DNA from: Bugula neritina
Taxonomy: Eukaryota; Animalia; Bryozoa
Length of the DNA stretch: 64,000 nucleotides
NCBI GenBank assembly: GCA_964035545.1
Contig: OZ037771.1
Span: forward strand, 6,543,190-6,607,189
Direction of reading: 5' to 3'
Part shown: in pieces, positions 39,601-52,061 of the stretch
Position numbering within the stretch: position 1 is the first letter of the stretch
How the letters are laid out: each line of letters begins with the position of its first letter
Made by a program: the position numbers and the translations under genes
The notes under the pieces: generated by a model
Databases searched by the model: none
The model's input: only the letters and a program-made list of their open reading frames with translations
What the model was told of the DNA's origin: nothing

Positions 39601-42600
39601 GCCAATGAACTTTTTGCAGTAGTCAACTTTGTTGAGTTCCGTAGAAGGGTTGGTAGCAGATTCCGTATTATTAATCAGAGTGAGAAGCTGACCCAACTAA
39701 TTTGTAAAGGGCAGACAAAGGTGAAGCTAAGAGGCAAACTTCTCAAGTAAGTTTTGGAATAAAATATGCTCACTCACTCACTCACTCACTCACTTGCTCA
39801 CTTGCTCACTCACTTACTCACTTACTCACACACTCACTCACTTACTCACACACTCACTCACTCTTCCACTCACTCTTCCACTCACTCACTCACTCACCCA
39901 CTCTTCCACTCACTCACTCACCCACTCTTCCACTCACTCACTCACTCTTCCACTCACTCACTCACTCACCCACTCTTCCACTCACTCACTCACTCACTCA
40001 CTCACTCACTCACTTATTCACTCACTCAATCACTCACTCACACTGACTCAATCACTCCTTCACTCACTCACTCACTCGCTCACTCACCTACTCACTTACT
40101 CACTCACTCACTCACTCACTCACTCACTCTCTCCAACAAAGAGTGTAAGTAAAAGCAGGCCATATTGTTTAATAACATGATCAGTTTTCTAGGCTTATTT
40201 TAATCTTTATATATTTTAATAATTTATGACAGTTGACAAACATTATATGGAAGTTATGTTTTATGCTGTGATATTGCAGTGCCCTAAACTTACTGCACAA
40301 TGGCTCACTGATGTACGATTGGTGATGTTTATTACAGCATGTCAAACAGTCCACCAATCAGCTTTCTGGTTACATTCAATAACTACTAACTGACTAGTTG
40401 TTTATTCTAGAAGCTTACTTTGAATTATTCAGTGAAAAAATTGAATTAAGGCTTTGACAAGGCATAGCTATTTCAACACAATGCAGTATTTTGATTAGAT
40501 AGCCTGAATAGTGACAGCTAAAGAGCTGGTTGGTTGGTTGATAGTAACCAGAACTTCTGGAAAAAGTGCTAGAAGACATGCTTGTAGAAATTTATAAATG
40601 CAGCTGCTGCTGTAAACCATCTAGTTTCTTGGGAGTATTTGTTTCAATTTAAATCATCAAAATTTTTGAAGAGTATTATATATGCAATTATATACAAAAC
40701 ATGTCAAAAGTTATTGTCAATACATTGCAACAAAATAATAAAAATGTAGAAAAGCAATTTAGCCGTTATCCCTACTTTTCATTGTGATTGTAATTTTATA
40801 TCAACTTTAAAAAGTAAATGTATGCATTCTTTATTTTACAATGACTTATTGAGCGATAACTAGAATCATTGAAAATATATATTTTATTTAATTTTGATTG
40901 TAATTATAGTTTTATTAAAAAGAAAGCTAGCCAATATCTGTAAACATATTTTACTAACTGATCAAAATAGACATTTTTGATTATGTCTCACAATTGGCAT
41001 AACAATTATAATAATAAAGTATAATTTAGATGATAGCCTGAAGATTTAATAAAATAATTTAATTGTTAATAGACTATTATATTAAATCTACCACCTACAC
41101 ATAGTAGTTTATGTTTATATTATTAAGACTTATCATTCTAATATGACTGAGGAAATCAAATTACCAGAAAAAGTTTATTTCCTTTTTATACTACCTCCTA
41201 ATCACCAAGAGCTGATATCTAATTTTATGTCTATTTTTAGAATTAGATCTCCCACCTGCCCCACACTGTTGAGACTTTTTGAGAAAGCTAATGAAGGTTT
41301 GTTTGTTTATTAGTACTATTTCGAATATAATTATTAGTTCTTTTGCATAATATTTCAATTTGTTTTGTTTTTCATAAATCTCAAATATGTAGATCTGTCC
41401 ATCACACTTTATATTTATAAAAAAAATGCAATTTCATAAGATATCATAACTATCGTTTCGCATTAACACCCGGTGAACAATCTCTTAGTCATATTAAAAG
41501 CAACCAAAAGACTGCCTGTTGCCTGTCACCATTCTTATATGCTGTCTACAGACACTTTTCAAGCTCTTGAACACAGATATACTTCACTTCACCTTAAAAT
41601 GAAGACATTATGAATTATTGTCAGCACTGTTTACTCCTCAACTTATTTAGTGGCCTGTGTTGTACAGAATGCAGAGAAGTTGTATCAGTTCAGCTAGATT
41701 GTGTTTTGTAGATGCCAAGAGTTGTGCTGGAGCAGAAAAGAAAAAAGTGGTGCTGAAAAAAGCTCGGGTTCCTGAGTTTATCACCGTAGAACTTCAGCCA
41801 AAAACTAATGTAGCTTTACGCCGCGTTTCTGGCATTTCTCACAACCCTCACCTTCGATTGAAGGTCAAGGCTGAACAGAATCTTGCGACGGTGATAGAGG
41901 CTGTGGAGAGGAAGTGGGTGCCGTCTACTGTTAGAATTGTATCCTTTCGCTCATTTAATCAGAATGACTGACTGAACTTCGGGGTTTTTGATATAGTTAT
42001 CAGTAGCTCCTCGGCAAAGAGAAAATAATATTATGTAGTATATTGAGTAAGTGAGTGAGTGAGTGAGTGAGTGAGTGAGTGAGTGAGTGAGTGAGTGAGT
42101 GAGTGAGTGAGTGAGTGAGTGAGTGAGTGAGTGAGTGAGTGAGTGAGTGAGTGAGTGAGTGAGTGAGTGGGCGGGCGGGCGAGTGGGCGGGCGAGCGAGC
42201 GAGTGAGTGAGGGAGGGAGTGAGCGAGTAGATACACTTAGTAAATGATTTAATGTGAGCTGAAAAATCAAGAAAGTGGTGGCTAGAAGCCTCTTATTGAC
42301 AGCGAATATGTGGGAATTAAACTCACTTAGTGCTTCTACTCTCTCTACAACTTGAAGTATTGAGATTAATTCATATAAACCATGATGTGTTCCTCAACTA
42401 AATATTCAGAGAAAGGAGTTGAATCTAGAAGAAGAATGGGACCATCTTCCTCACATCCGAATCTACCCCGCCTCTACAGCTACGTTGCAGCCGTTTGATC
42501 TCAGTTTATTCTCAAATAACACTCCCACTATTTTCAGCTTTGAACGGTACCTAAAGATTGAAGGTAATTGATCCTGTGGTAGAATGGTAAATAATGTACT

Positions 42601-45600
42601 ACAGGAGTTTGTGTGTAAGTTGGCTCTGTTGTAACCTACTTCTTTTACTGTACCATGTTGAGCTACGTAGTTCTTTTTATACAAAGCTCTTTAACTTGGA
42701 TAGTTGAATAATTTCATATAAATTCCACTTGTTTTACTTGAAATTTGTAGTTCTCTAATGGCGAAATCTAATCATTTTAGTTCATTGTGGTGCTTTAGAT
42801 GAGGGTATGGATTAGTACAGAAGGCATGTCACTTTTCTGCTGCAGAATTTGTGCTTTTCTATTGAGTAATTAGGAGCACATAGAGTTGTCTTCTCTTACT
42901 ACTCATGGAATACAGGATAATGTACAATGACATATAATAATGTAGAATCTCAGCAATCAGAAGAGTCTAGTGAGAAGACACCAGCAGAGGACAGTGGAGG
43001 AGATCCTGTTAAATTCCTTAAAGACAAGTTATCAGATATTACATCTCAGCTTCAAGGTGAGTGCATTGTGTCTCAGCTTCAAGGTGAGTGCATTGTGTTT
43101 CAGCTGCAAGGTGGGTGCATTTTCTCTCGGTTCCAAGTAGGTGAATCACAGCTCAGCTGCAAGATGAGTGCATTGTGTCTCAGCTGCAAGGTGAGTGCAT
43201 TTTCTCTCGGTTCCAGGTAGGTGAATCACAACTCAGCTGCAAAGTGGGTAAATTAGGTATTCATGATCACTCAGTTTAGGATGGTGTGTCACCAACAGTG
43301 CACAATATAAACAAAGTTGATGGACTGCACTGTTGTCATGTCACAAGGTTCTAAATGTGTGTGTAGTATATTATTTCTGTTAAAAGAGGTATTGACATCT
43401 GCTCACACTTGTTCAGTAGTTTAGGAAGCTGTTGAGTGTAGGTATGTATATCTGTCACACAAAAGTTTAGTATACTGTTTCTATTCTACCATTATTCGAA
43501 TCTTTTATTTCTGCAACTAATGTTTTTTGGAACAGTATTGGAAAATTAAGATCACTAAACCTATATTACATTAGTGATAATATGCACTGAAAATAGTTCT
43601 GTGCCTTTAGCAGGCGACACTCTAATTAATGCATCACTAGAATAAGAGCAACATTTTAACAGTATCTTATTAAGTTATTTCGTTCTCTTATATAAAATTT
43701 CACACTTTTCGATGCATACAACATCTACACTTTTTCAGTATATAAACATCTAAACTTAGCAGTGTATAATATATGTAATTTGGAATTGTAGATGGTTTCA
43801 AAACATAACCATGATATACTGTTAAGTATACGTTGTATTGATCACACTTTGAATTTATAGAATCTTGTGACAATAAAGATGGAACGAGTACTAAAAAGAC
43901 AAGGAAAGGTAACCCCAGTCGTAATCTATCTCACATAAAGTCCCACAGATGGATAGAGCAGTCTAAAGAGGGCTGGACTATCAAGAACTGCACTGATTTG
44001 TCATTGGGATATCTCTACCTGCTGTACGGCAGTCCAGATAAGGTGGTTACTATATCCCAGCTTAGTCACTATATCCCAGCTTAGTCACTATATCCCAGCT
44101 TAGTTACTATATCCCAGCTTAGTCACTATATCCCAGCTTAGTTACTATATCCCAGCTTAGTTACTATATCCCAGCTTAGTCACTATATCCCAGTTTGTTT
44201 ACTATATCCCAGCTTAGTCACTATATCCCAGCTTAGTCACTATATCCCAGCTTAGTTACTATATCCCAGCTTAGTCACTATATCCCAGCTTAGTTACTAT
44301 ATCCCAGCTTAGTCACTATATCCCAGCTTAGTTACTATATCCCAGCTTAGTTACTATATCCCAGCTTAGTCACTATATCCCAGCTTAGTCATTATATCCC
44401 AGCCTAGTCACTATATCCCAGCTTAGTTACTATATCTCAGCTTAGTGACTATAATATCTCAGCTTAGTTACTATATCCCAGCTTAGCTACTATGTCCCAG
44501 CTTAGTCACTATATCCCAGCTTAGTCACTATATCCCAGTTTGTTTACTATATCCCAGCTTAGTCACTATATCCCAGCTTAGTCACTATATCCCAGCTTAG
44601 TTACTATATCCCAGCTTAGTCACTATATCCCAGTTTGTTTACTATATCCCAGCTTAGTCACTATATCCCAGCTTAGTTACTATATCCCAGCTTAGTTACT
44701 ATATCCCAGCTTAGTCACTATATCCCAGCTTAGTCATTATATCCCAGCCTAGTCACTATATCCCAGCTTAGTCACTATATCCCAGCTTAATCACTATATC
44801 CCAGCTTAGTCACTATAGCTCAGCTTAGTTACTATATCCTAGCTTAGTTACTATATCCCAGCTTAGTCACTATATCCCAGCTTAGTCACTATATCCCAGC
44901 TTAGTTACTATATCCCATCTTAGTCACTATATCCCAGCTTAGTTACTATATCCCAGCTTAGTTACTATATCTCAGCTTAGTGACTATAATATCTCAGCTT
45001 AGTTACTATATCCCAGTTTGTTTACTATATCCCAGCTTAGCTACTATGTCCCAGCTTAGTCACTATATCCCAGCTTAGTCACTATATCCCAGCTTAGTCA
45101 CTATATCCCAGTTTGTTTACTATATCCCAGCTTAGTCACTATATCCCAGCTTAGTTACTATATCCCAGCTTAGTTACTATATCTCAGCTTAGTGACTATA
45201 ATATCTCAGCTTAGTTACTATATCCCAGTTTGTTTACTATATCCCAGCTTAGCTACTATGTCCCAGCTTAGTCACTATATCCCAGCTTAGTCACTATATC
45301 CCAGCTTAGTCACTATATCCCAGTTTGTTTACTATATCCCAGCTTAGTCACTATATCCCAGCTTAGTCACTATATCCCAGCTTAGTTACTATATCCCAGC
45401 TTAGCTACTATGTCCCAGCTTAGTCACTATATCCCAGCTTAGTCACTATATCCCAGCTTAGTCACTATATCCCAGTTTGTTTACTATATCCCAGCTTAGT
45501 CACTATATCCCAGCTTAGTCACTATATCCCAGCTTAGTTACTATATCCCAGCTTAGTTACTATATCTCAGCTTAGTTACTATATCCCAGCTTAGTCACTA

Positions 45601-48600
45601 TATCCTAGCTTAGTTACTATATCCCAGCTTAGTTACTATATCCCAGCTTAGTTACTATATCCCAGCTTAGTCACTATATCCCAGCTTAGTTACTATATCC
45701 CAGCTTAGTTACTATATCCCAGCTTAGTCACTATATCCCAGCTTAGTTACTATATCCCAGCTTAGTCACTATATCCCAGCTTAGTTACTATATCCCAGCT
45801 TAGTCACTATATCCCAGCTTAGTCACTATATCCCAGCTTAGTTACTATAATATCCCAGCTTAGTCATTATATCCCAGCTTAGTCACTATATCCCAGCTTA
45901 GTTACTATATCCCAGCTTAGTCACTATATCCCAGCTTAGTCACTATATCCCAGCTCAATCACTATATCCCAGCTTAGTCACTATATCTCAGCTTAGTCAC
46001 TATATCCCAGCTTAGTCACTATATCCCAGTTTGTTTACTATATCCCAGCTTAGTCACTATATCCCAGCTTAGTCACTATATCCCAGCTTAGTTACTATAT
46101 CCCAGCTTAGTTACTATATCTCAGCTTAGCTACTATGTCCCAGCTTAGTCACTATATCCCAGCTTAGTCACTATATCCCAGCTTAGTCACTATATCCCAG
46201 TTTGTTTACTATATCCCAGCTTAGTCACTATATCCCAGCTTAGTCACTATATCCCAGCTTAGTTACTATATCCCAGCTTAGTTACTATATCTCAGCTTAG
46301 TTACTATATCCCAGCTTAGTCACTATATCCCAGCTTAGTTACTATATCCCAGCTTAATCACTATATCCCAGCTTAGTTACTATATCCCAGCTTAGTCACT
46401 ATATCCCAGCTTAGTTACTATATCCCAGTTTAGTCACTATATCCCAGCTTAGTCATTATATCCCAGCTTAGTTACTATATCCCAGCTTAGTCACTATATC
46501 CCAGCTTAGTCACTATATCCCAGCTTAGTCACTATATCCCAGCTTAGTCACTATATCCCAGCTTAGTTACTATAATATCCCAGCTTAGTCATTATATCCC
46601 AGCTTAGTCACTATATCCCAGCTTAGTTACTATATCCCAGCTTAGTCACTATATCCCAGCTTAGTCACTATATCCCAGCTCAATCACTATATCCCAGCTT
46701 AGTCACTATATCTCAGCTTAGTTACTATATCCCAGCTTAGTCACTATATCCCAGCTTAGTCACTATATCCCAGCTTAGTCACTATATCCCAGCTTAGTCA
46801 CTATATCCCAGCTTAGTCACTATATCCCAGCTTAGTCACTATATCCCAGCTCAATCACTATATCCCAGCTTAGTTACTATATCTCAGCTTAGTTACTATA
46901 TCCCAGCTTAGTCACTATATCCCAGCTTAGTCACTATATCCCAGCTCAATCACTATATCCCAGCTTAGTCACTATATCTCAGCTTAGTTACTATATCTCA
47001 GCTTAGTCACTATATCCCAGCTTAGTTACTATATCCCAGCTTAGTTACTATATCCCAGCTTAGTCACTATATCCCAGCTTAGTCACTATATCCCAGCTTA
47101 GTCACTATATCCCAGCTTAGTTACTATATCCCAGCTTAGTCACTATATCCCAGCTTAGTCAATATATGGCTAGGGATATGCTCTGCATGTATAAGCTGTT
47201 GTATCGCAGATCTCCATGGAATATGAGTGGCCAGAGCTGCAGAACGCGGACGACGTTGCTCAAGTATTTGCCGGGATGATTAACAAGTTGATGACAGTCG
47301 CTGAGAGCGAGTTTACAGTACAGATTTCTAAACGAAAACAGGTTCGTAGTTTGTCATAAATATAATATGTCATCGTATATTGTACTATATACTTATACAC
47401 ATTATTCTATGTTATACCCAGTGTCTATTATTAACGGTGTATATATGTTATACATGTTATACACTGTGTCAATTTTATTCTATTCCTCATTTACATAATA
47501 TTACATATAGTTTCTAAATTATGTTATTATAAACTATCTGTTATATATTTTGCCCAGTTGCAAAATTGCATTACGCAGTGTCTACTATATTACACAGTGT
47601 CTACTATATTACACAGTGTCCACTATATTACACAGTGTCTACTATATTACACAGTGTCCACTATATTACACAGTGTCCACTATATTACACAGTGTCCACT
47701 ATATTACACAATGTCTACTATATTACACAGTGTCTACTATATTACACAGTGTCTACTATATTACACGGTGTTTTCTTTATCACAGGCGGCTGCGGCTCTA
47801 AACTCCCCCACGACTAGCAAGTCACCCAGCACCCGAGGCAAGAGGAAAAGCCCTAGCACCCCAAAGACTCCTAAACCCTCTAAGTCATTGCATATAAAGC
47901 CCGCCGCTGCCAGGGACTCCCCTGAGTTTAAGAAACCAGGCGTGCCCCTTCTCTCTGAAGGCAGGCAGTTGGCTGACGCCATAGCTCTTGGACGTCAGGA
48001 GGTAAAGTGTACACTTCTTCCGCTGGCTCAAATAGCTTTCTTGTTTTTGTGAAAACAGCTTTCGTTTGCTGGTGATACAGCTTAAGAACATGTAAAGGTG
48101 TTGGTATGCTAGTGTTATGTGTTGAAAATGCTTTAGAGAGTTGGTTGAATAATGCTTCATGGCTGAAATGGGGAAACATAGGAAACATATTTTATTGTCG
48201 CTTATTGAAAATGCTTTTTTTTCAAATGTATATATGAATAGCCGCCAATATAGTCTCTTCTTGTTTTTAGCTGCGACCTTATGCCAGGAAGCCAACTGTT
48301 CGGCCACAACTAGTTCAAAAGAATATTTTACCCAATCAGATAGCGGTGAAAGCACCAGTGCCCCGCCCACCCTACAACCTTTACCCTAAGCCAATGACTA
48401 ATACAGCGCCCTCGAGTGTGAAAACTCAAGTCATGGACATTTCCTGCATTACTCGCGGTGAGTTTGGAGTTACTACTTCCTGTTTAGGAACTTCCTGTTA
48501 ACATTAAGTGCTGCGTAGTGATAAGCAAAATATGCCGTGCTGTTTATCCCAGGTTCCAATGTCAAGTACACCACTCTAAAGGAGGAGTCTGAAAGTACAA

Positions 48601-51600
48601 GTCACCCGAAATACTTGGCTTCCATGATAAAGAGCAGTAGACCTATGGTGGCAGACAACTCCTCTAAGAGTGAACTTATATCTACTCTCAATAATCTCAT
48701 CAACAGCCCAGCTAGTTCCTCTACCAGAAAGAATGCTCAACTGGTTCAACTACAGGTATTTTAGTAGTGGTAGCAGTAGTGGTAGTAGTAGCAGTAACAG
48801 TAGCAGTACTAGTAGCAGTAGCAGTACTAGTAGTAGTGGTAGTAGTAGTAGTGGTAGTGGTAGTAGTGGTAGTATAGTAGCAGTAGTAGTAGCAGCAGTA
48901 GTATAGTGGTAGTAGCAGTAGCAGGGATAGTATAGTAAATGTATGTCCGGGCATGTATACTAAGACTTGACTTTGCAGGAGCTACTAGCAAGTGCTGGGT
49001 CGGCAACCAGTGAAAGTAGTGGAGACAACTCTCAAGATATACTGACTCAAGCTATGGCTGCCATCAGGACTCCAACAAAGAGGAGGATAACTCCCACGAT
49101 GTTATCCTCAACTGTAGAAGGAGTTAATTTCTCCACAGAAATAGATTCATCAAGTCTCTTTTCTGAACTGACAGATACGCCTCAAAAAGAAGTTAGTGTG
49201 GGTTCTACATTCGATATACCACATATTTTGTGGACTAGGCTGATGCCCCTCTTCAATGTTGCTTTTAAATGCTTGCAACCTTAGTCTAGTGCTGTGAATT
49301 TACTTCTACTGAGTGTAACAATAATAACATTGTGCAATACTAAATACATGCAGTTGGTATGGTCTTCTGGTTAAATAGTGTGTTTTGCTTTTTATAGGGA
49401 AGTCTGGAGGGGGACAAATCTCACAACCTCAACAATTCTGACCATAGTATGAGCTCTCTACTCAGAAGCCTGGATGCTGGTAGGTTTTACTTACTTATCA
49501 AGTAGGTGTGGCTAGTAAGTAGGTGTGGCTAGTAAGTAGGTGTGGCTAGTAAGTAGTTGTGGCTAGTAAGTAGGTGTGGCTAGTAAGTAGGTGTGGCTAG
49601 TAAGTAAGTGTGGCTAGTAAGTAGGTGTGGCTAGTAAGTAGTTGTGGCTAGTAAGTAGGTGTGGCTAGTAAGTAGGTGTGGCTAGTAAGTAAGTGTGGCT
49701 AGTAAGTAGGTGTGGCTAGTAAGTAGTTGTGGCTAGTAAGTAGGTGTGGCTAGTAAGTAGTTGTGGCTAGTAAGTAGGTGTGGCTAGTAAGTAGGTGTGG
49801 CTAGTAAACAGAGTATAATTCTTATGCATCTTCCTACAGCTACATACAGTGTTATAAAAATATGATATCAAACTACCCATAATGCTTTTCAGGAAGCAGT
49901 AATTACCGAAAGTTTAGCATACTACTCAGGGTCCACCAGACATTTTTTAATTTAATTTTTGTAATTGCTTACACTCTGTTCGATTACTAAAACTTGAAAG
50001 GTTGTAACTGGTGGTACAATCTCGTGTGCTGAGCCTTCTGGTGGGTTATTGTTGTACGAGCTTCTCTAGAGTAAATCAGTTGTTAAGTTCCAACTTGCTA
50101 ACAAATTCCGTGCTATATATGTGTGTGTTGAATCGTCACGGCTGTGAATTTTACAACTTTTAGAAATATTGAAAATCTGAGACACATGGAGTCGCATAGC
50201 TTTGGCTCATAATTTTGCAGAATGATACAAGCTATAGTGTATACATGTTTGACTTTACAATATAGATGCTGGCACCATAACAGTGGGCAGTACAAACAGC
50301 TGTTACTGCAATGTTTCAGGATACCATCTTGTAGTAGGATACCCTCTTGTAGTAGGATACCCTCTTGTAGTAGGATACCCTCTCGTAGTAGGATACCCTC
50401 TTGTAGCAGGATACCCTCTTGTAGTAGGATACCCTCTTGTAGTAGGATACCCTCTTGTAAGAGGGTACCCTCTTGTTGTAGGATACCCTCTTGTAGTAGG
50501 ATACCCTCTTGTAGTAGGATACCCTCTTGTAGTAGGATACCCTCTTGTAGTAGGATACCCTCTTGTAGTAGGATACCATTTTGTAGTAGGATACCCTCTT
50601 GTAGTAGGATACCCTCTTGTTGTAGGATACCCTCTTGTAGTAGGATACTCTCTTGTAGTAGGATATCCTCTTGTAGTAGGGTACCCTCTTGTTGTAGGAT
50701 ACCCTCTTGTAGTAGGATACCCTCTTGTAGTAGGATACCCTCTTGTTGCATTTAGTGTGTTGAACTGATTGACTCACTAAGCCGTGAATTCATAGTTTCA
50801 GGAGTGAAAGGCGGCGAAGTAGCCAATGAGAGTTCGTTGTTTTCATCAGAAAATTTGGTTGGCGGGCAACAAGACACCCCTCTCATCAGCTCCTTTCAAG
50901 GACTCATTGATAATGAGGCTAACAAAGATTGTGGTGCTCAGGCTAATGTTGATAATACTCTTCCTGTGCTGCCTTCCAGCAGTGCTGCTGCTCCTGTGAA
51001 AGATGCCTGGCTGACACCTGATGTGGCTGTAAGTCTATCTAATTAGTGAAAATATTTGTGAATATTAAAAGACAGACACGTGCAGAAGAAAGTTCTATTT
51101 TTTCTAGCAGCATAAGTCATTTCTTCAAATAGTCGAACCATTTTCGGTTACTTCTTAAAAGTGCCAAAGTTTTTCTGTAAGCTTGTATCTTATAATCATT
51201 AAATGGCTCTCATTTTTTTCTAAATGCAAATTCAGAGCAAATTGTAACTCAAATCAGAGCCCCAGTTTGGCACATCAATGCAGACTACAACGTGGCGTGT
51301 CTATTGACTATTCTGGTTAAATACTAAGCCAGTTCCTCTTTGATGAAAGTTTCCCCCTCTCTCAATATTACTCACTAAAGACTATACATGTATGTATGTA
51401 AGGTCTCTGTGTCATACTCTGTCCTGCAGCTCAATGACTTTTCCTTATCGAGTCTCCTTGGAGATAAATCTCCTCGTCGTCAGCAGACAGAGGCATCCGC
51501 TCCCCTCGGCTCCGGCCTCCTGACGAGTGACCGCCCACCCAGCACTCTCAACTCCGATGACACTCGCATGTCCTTTCTCAACAAACTAGATGTCAATGAC

Positions 51601-52061
51601 TTGGGCGTCAATGTAAGTATTTGTGTTTTTCTACTGTTTAGAGAGGAATGAATTTATCTAAACTCCAAAGTAAGTTTACTGTTTAGTGAAAGTATCCGAA
51701 TGATGACATTACATATAGTCCCCATTTCTATACAGCTGCTTGCTGGAATATGTAGCATTATAGGTGGAACTGTTGATAATTTTTCACCGAAATTTTGAAG
51801 GTTTTTGTTTCACAACTCCCATACTGGTCTGTTGCAGCAGTCTGAAAGTTATGTATTTTATTCAACTCTGTATCTTGCTCTTCTCACAACCAGCTTCTGA
51901 CGTGTTGGTATGAGTGTAAGAGTTATTCTATCATGCTGGTGTATATGTAGCTGATGGATTCGTCTTTCCCTAACATGATGGGCGGAGACAGCGTGGACTA
52001 CATGGCCAAGTTTGACTCCATATCTGCCGAACTAGAAACACCACAAAAGAAGACAAATTAA
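36623..52061 (+). CDS. CRAMP1: Protein cramped-like (SANT-domain chromatin regulator), 19 coding exons
   Basis: Exons 36623-36909, 37414-37554, 38415-38538, 38873-39017, 39584-39746, 41241-41296, 41712-41938, 42410-42563, 42946-43056, 43861-44042, 47210-47341, 47786-48001, 48271-48457, 48553-48755, 48979-49191, 49398-49479, 50802-51028, 51430-51612, 51951-52061. Cramped signatures WTEAEKDIFFQG..GRDFDKLQ..KDQIRMFYYR, VELQPKTN..HNPHLRLKV, MEYEW and C-terminal SVDYMAKF; AATAAA ~52570. Confidence 0.9.
39768..40130. repeat. (TCAC)n degenerate microsatellite in CRAMP1 intron
   Basis: Directly visible. Confidence 0.9.
42045..42230. repeat. (GTGA)n microsatellite in CRAMP1 intron
   Basis: Directly visible. 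Confidence 0.9.
43044..43248 (+). repeat. ~27-bp tandem duplication of an exon/intron donor junction
   Basis: TCTCAGCTTCAAG/GTGAGTGCATTGTG repeated several times. Confidence 0.85.
44046..47163. repeat. 19-bp minisatellite (CTATATCCCAGCTTAGTCA), ~3.1 kb, filling a CRAMP1 intron
   Basis: Roughly 160 tandem units starting 3 bp after the donor at 44043. Confidence 0.97.
47570..47770. repeat. 19-bp minisatellite (TACACAGTGTCTACTATAT)
   Basis: About 10 units ending just before the acceptor at 47785. Confidence 0.9.
48762..48925. repeat. (AGT/GGT/AGC)n trinucleotide tract
   Basis: Directly visible, starts right after the donor at 48756. Confidence 0.9.
49500..49807. repeat. 17-bp minisatellite (AGTAGGTGTGGCTAGTA)
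   Basis: About 18 units, ~20 bp after the donor at 49480. Confidence 0.93.
50317..50748. repeat. 18-bp minisatellite (GTAGTAGGATACCCTCTT)
   Basis: About 24 units; explains the stop-free ORFs in several frames. Confidence 0.95.

Noticed and set aside
44046-47163. CRISPR-like array
   Set aside because: Units are contiguous with no unique spacers, there are no cas genes, and the context is a eukaryotic intron.
50113-50777. Four overlapping long ORFs (QEGILL, PSCSRI, GYPLVV, YYKRVS repeats)
   Set aside because: Translations of an 18-bp intronic minisatellite that lacks stops in those frames.
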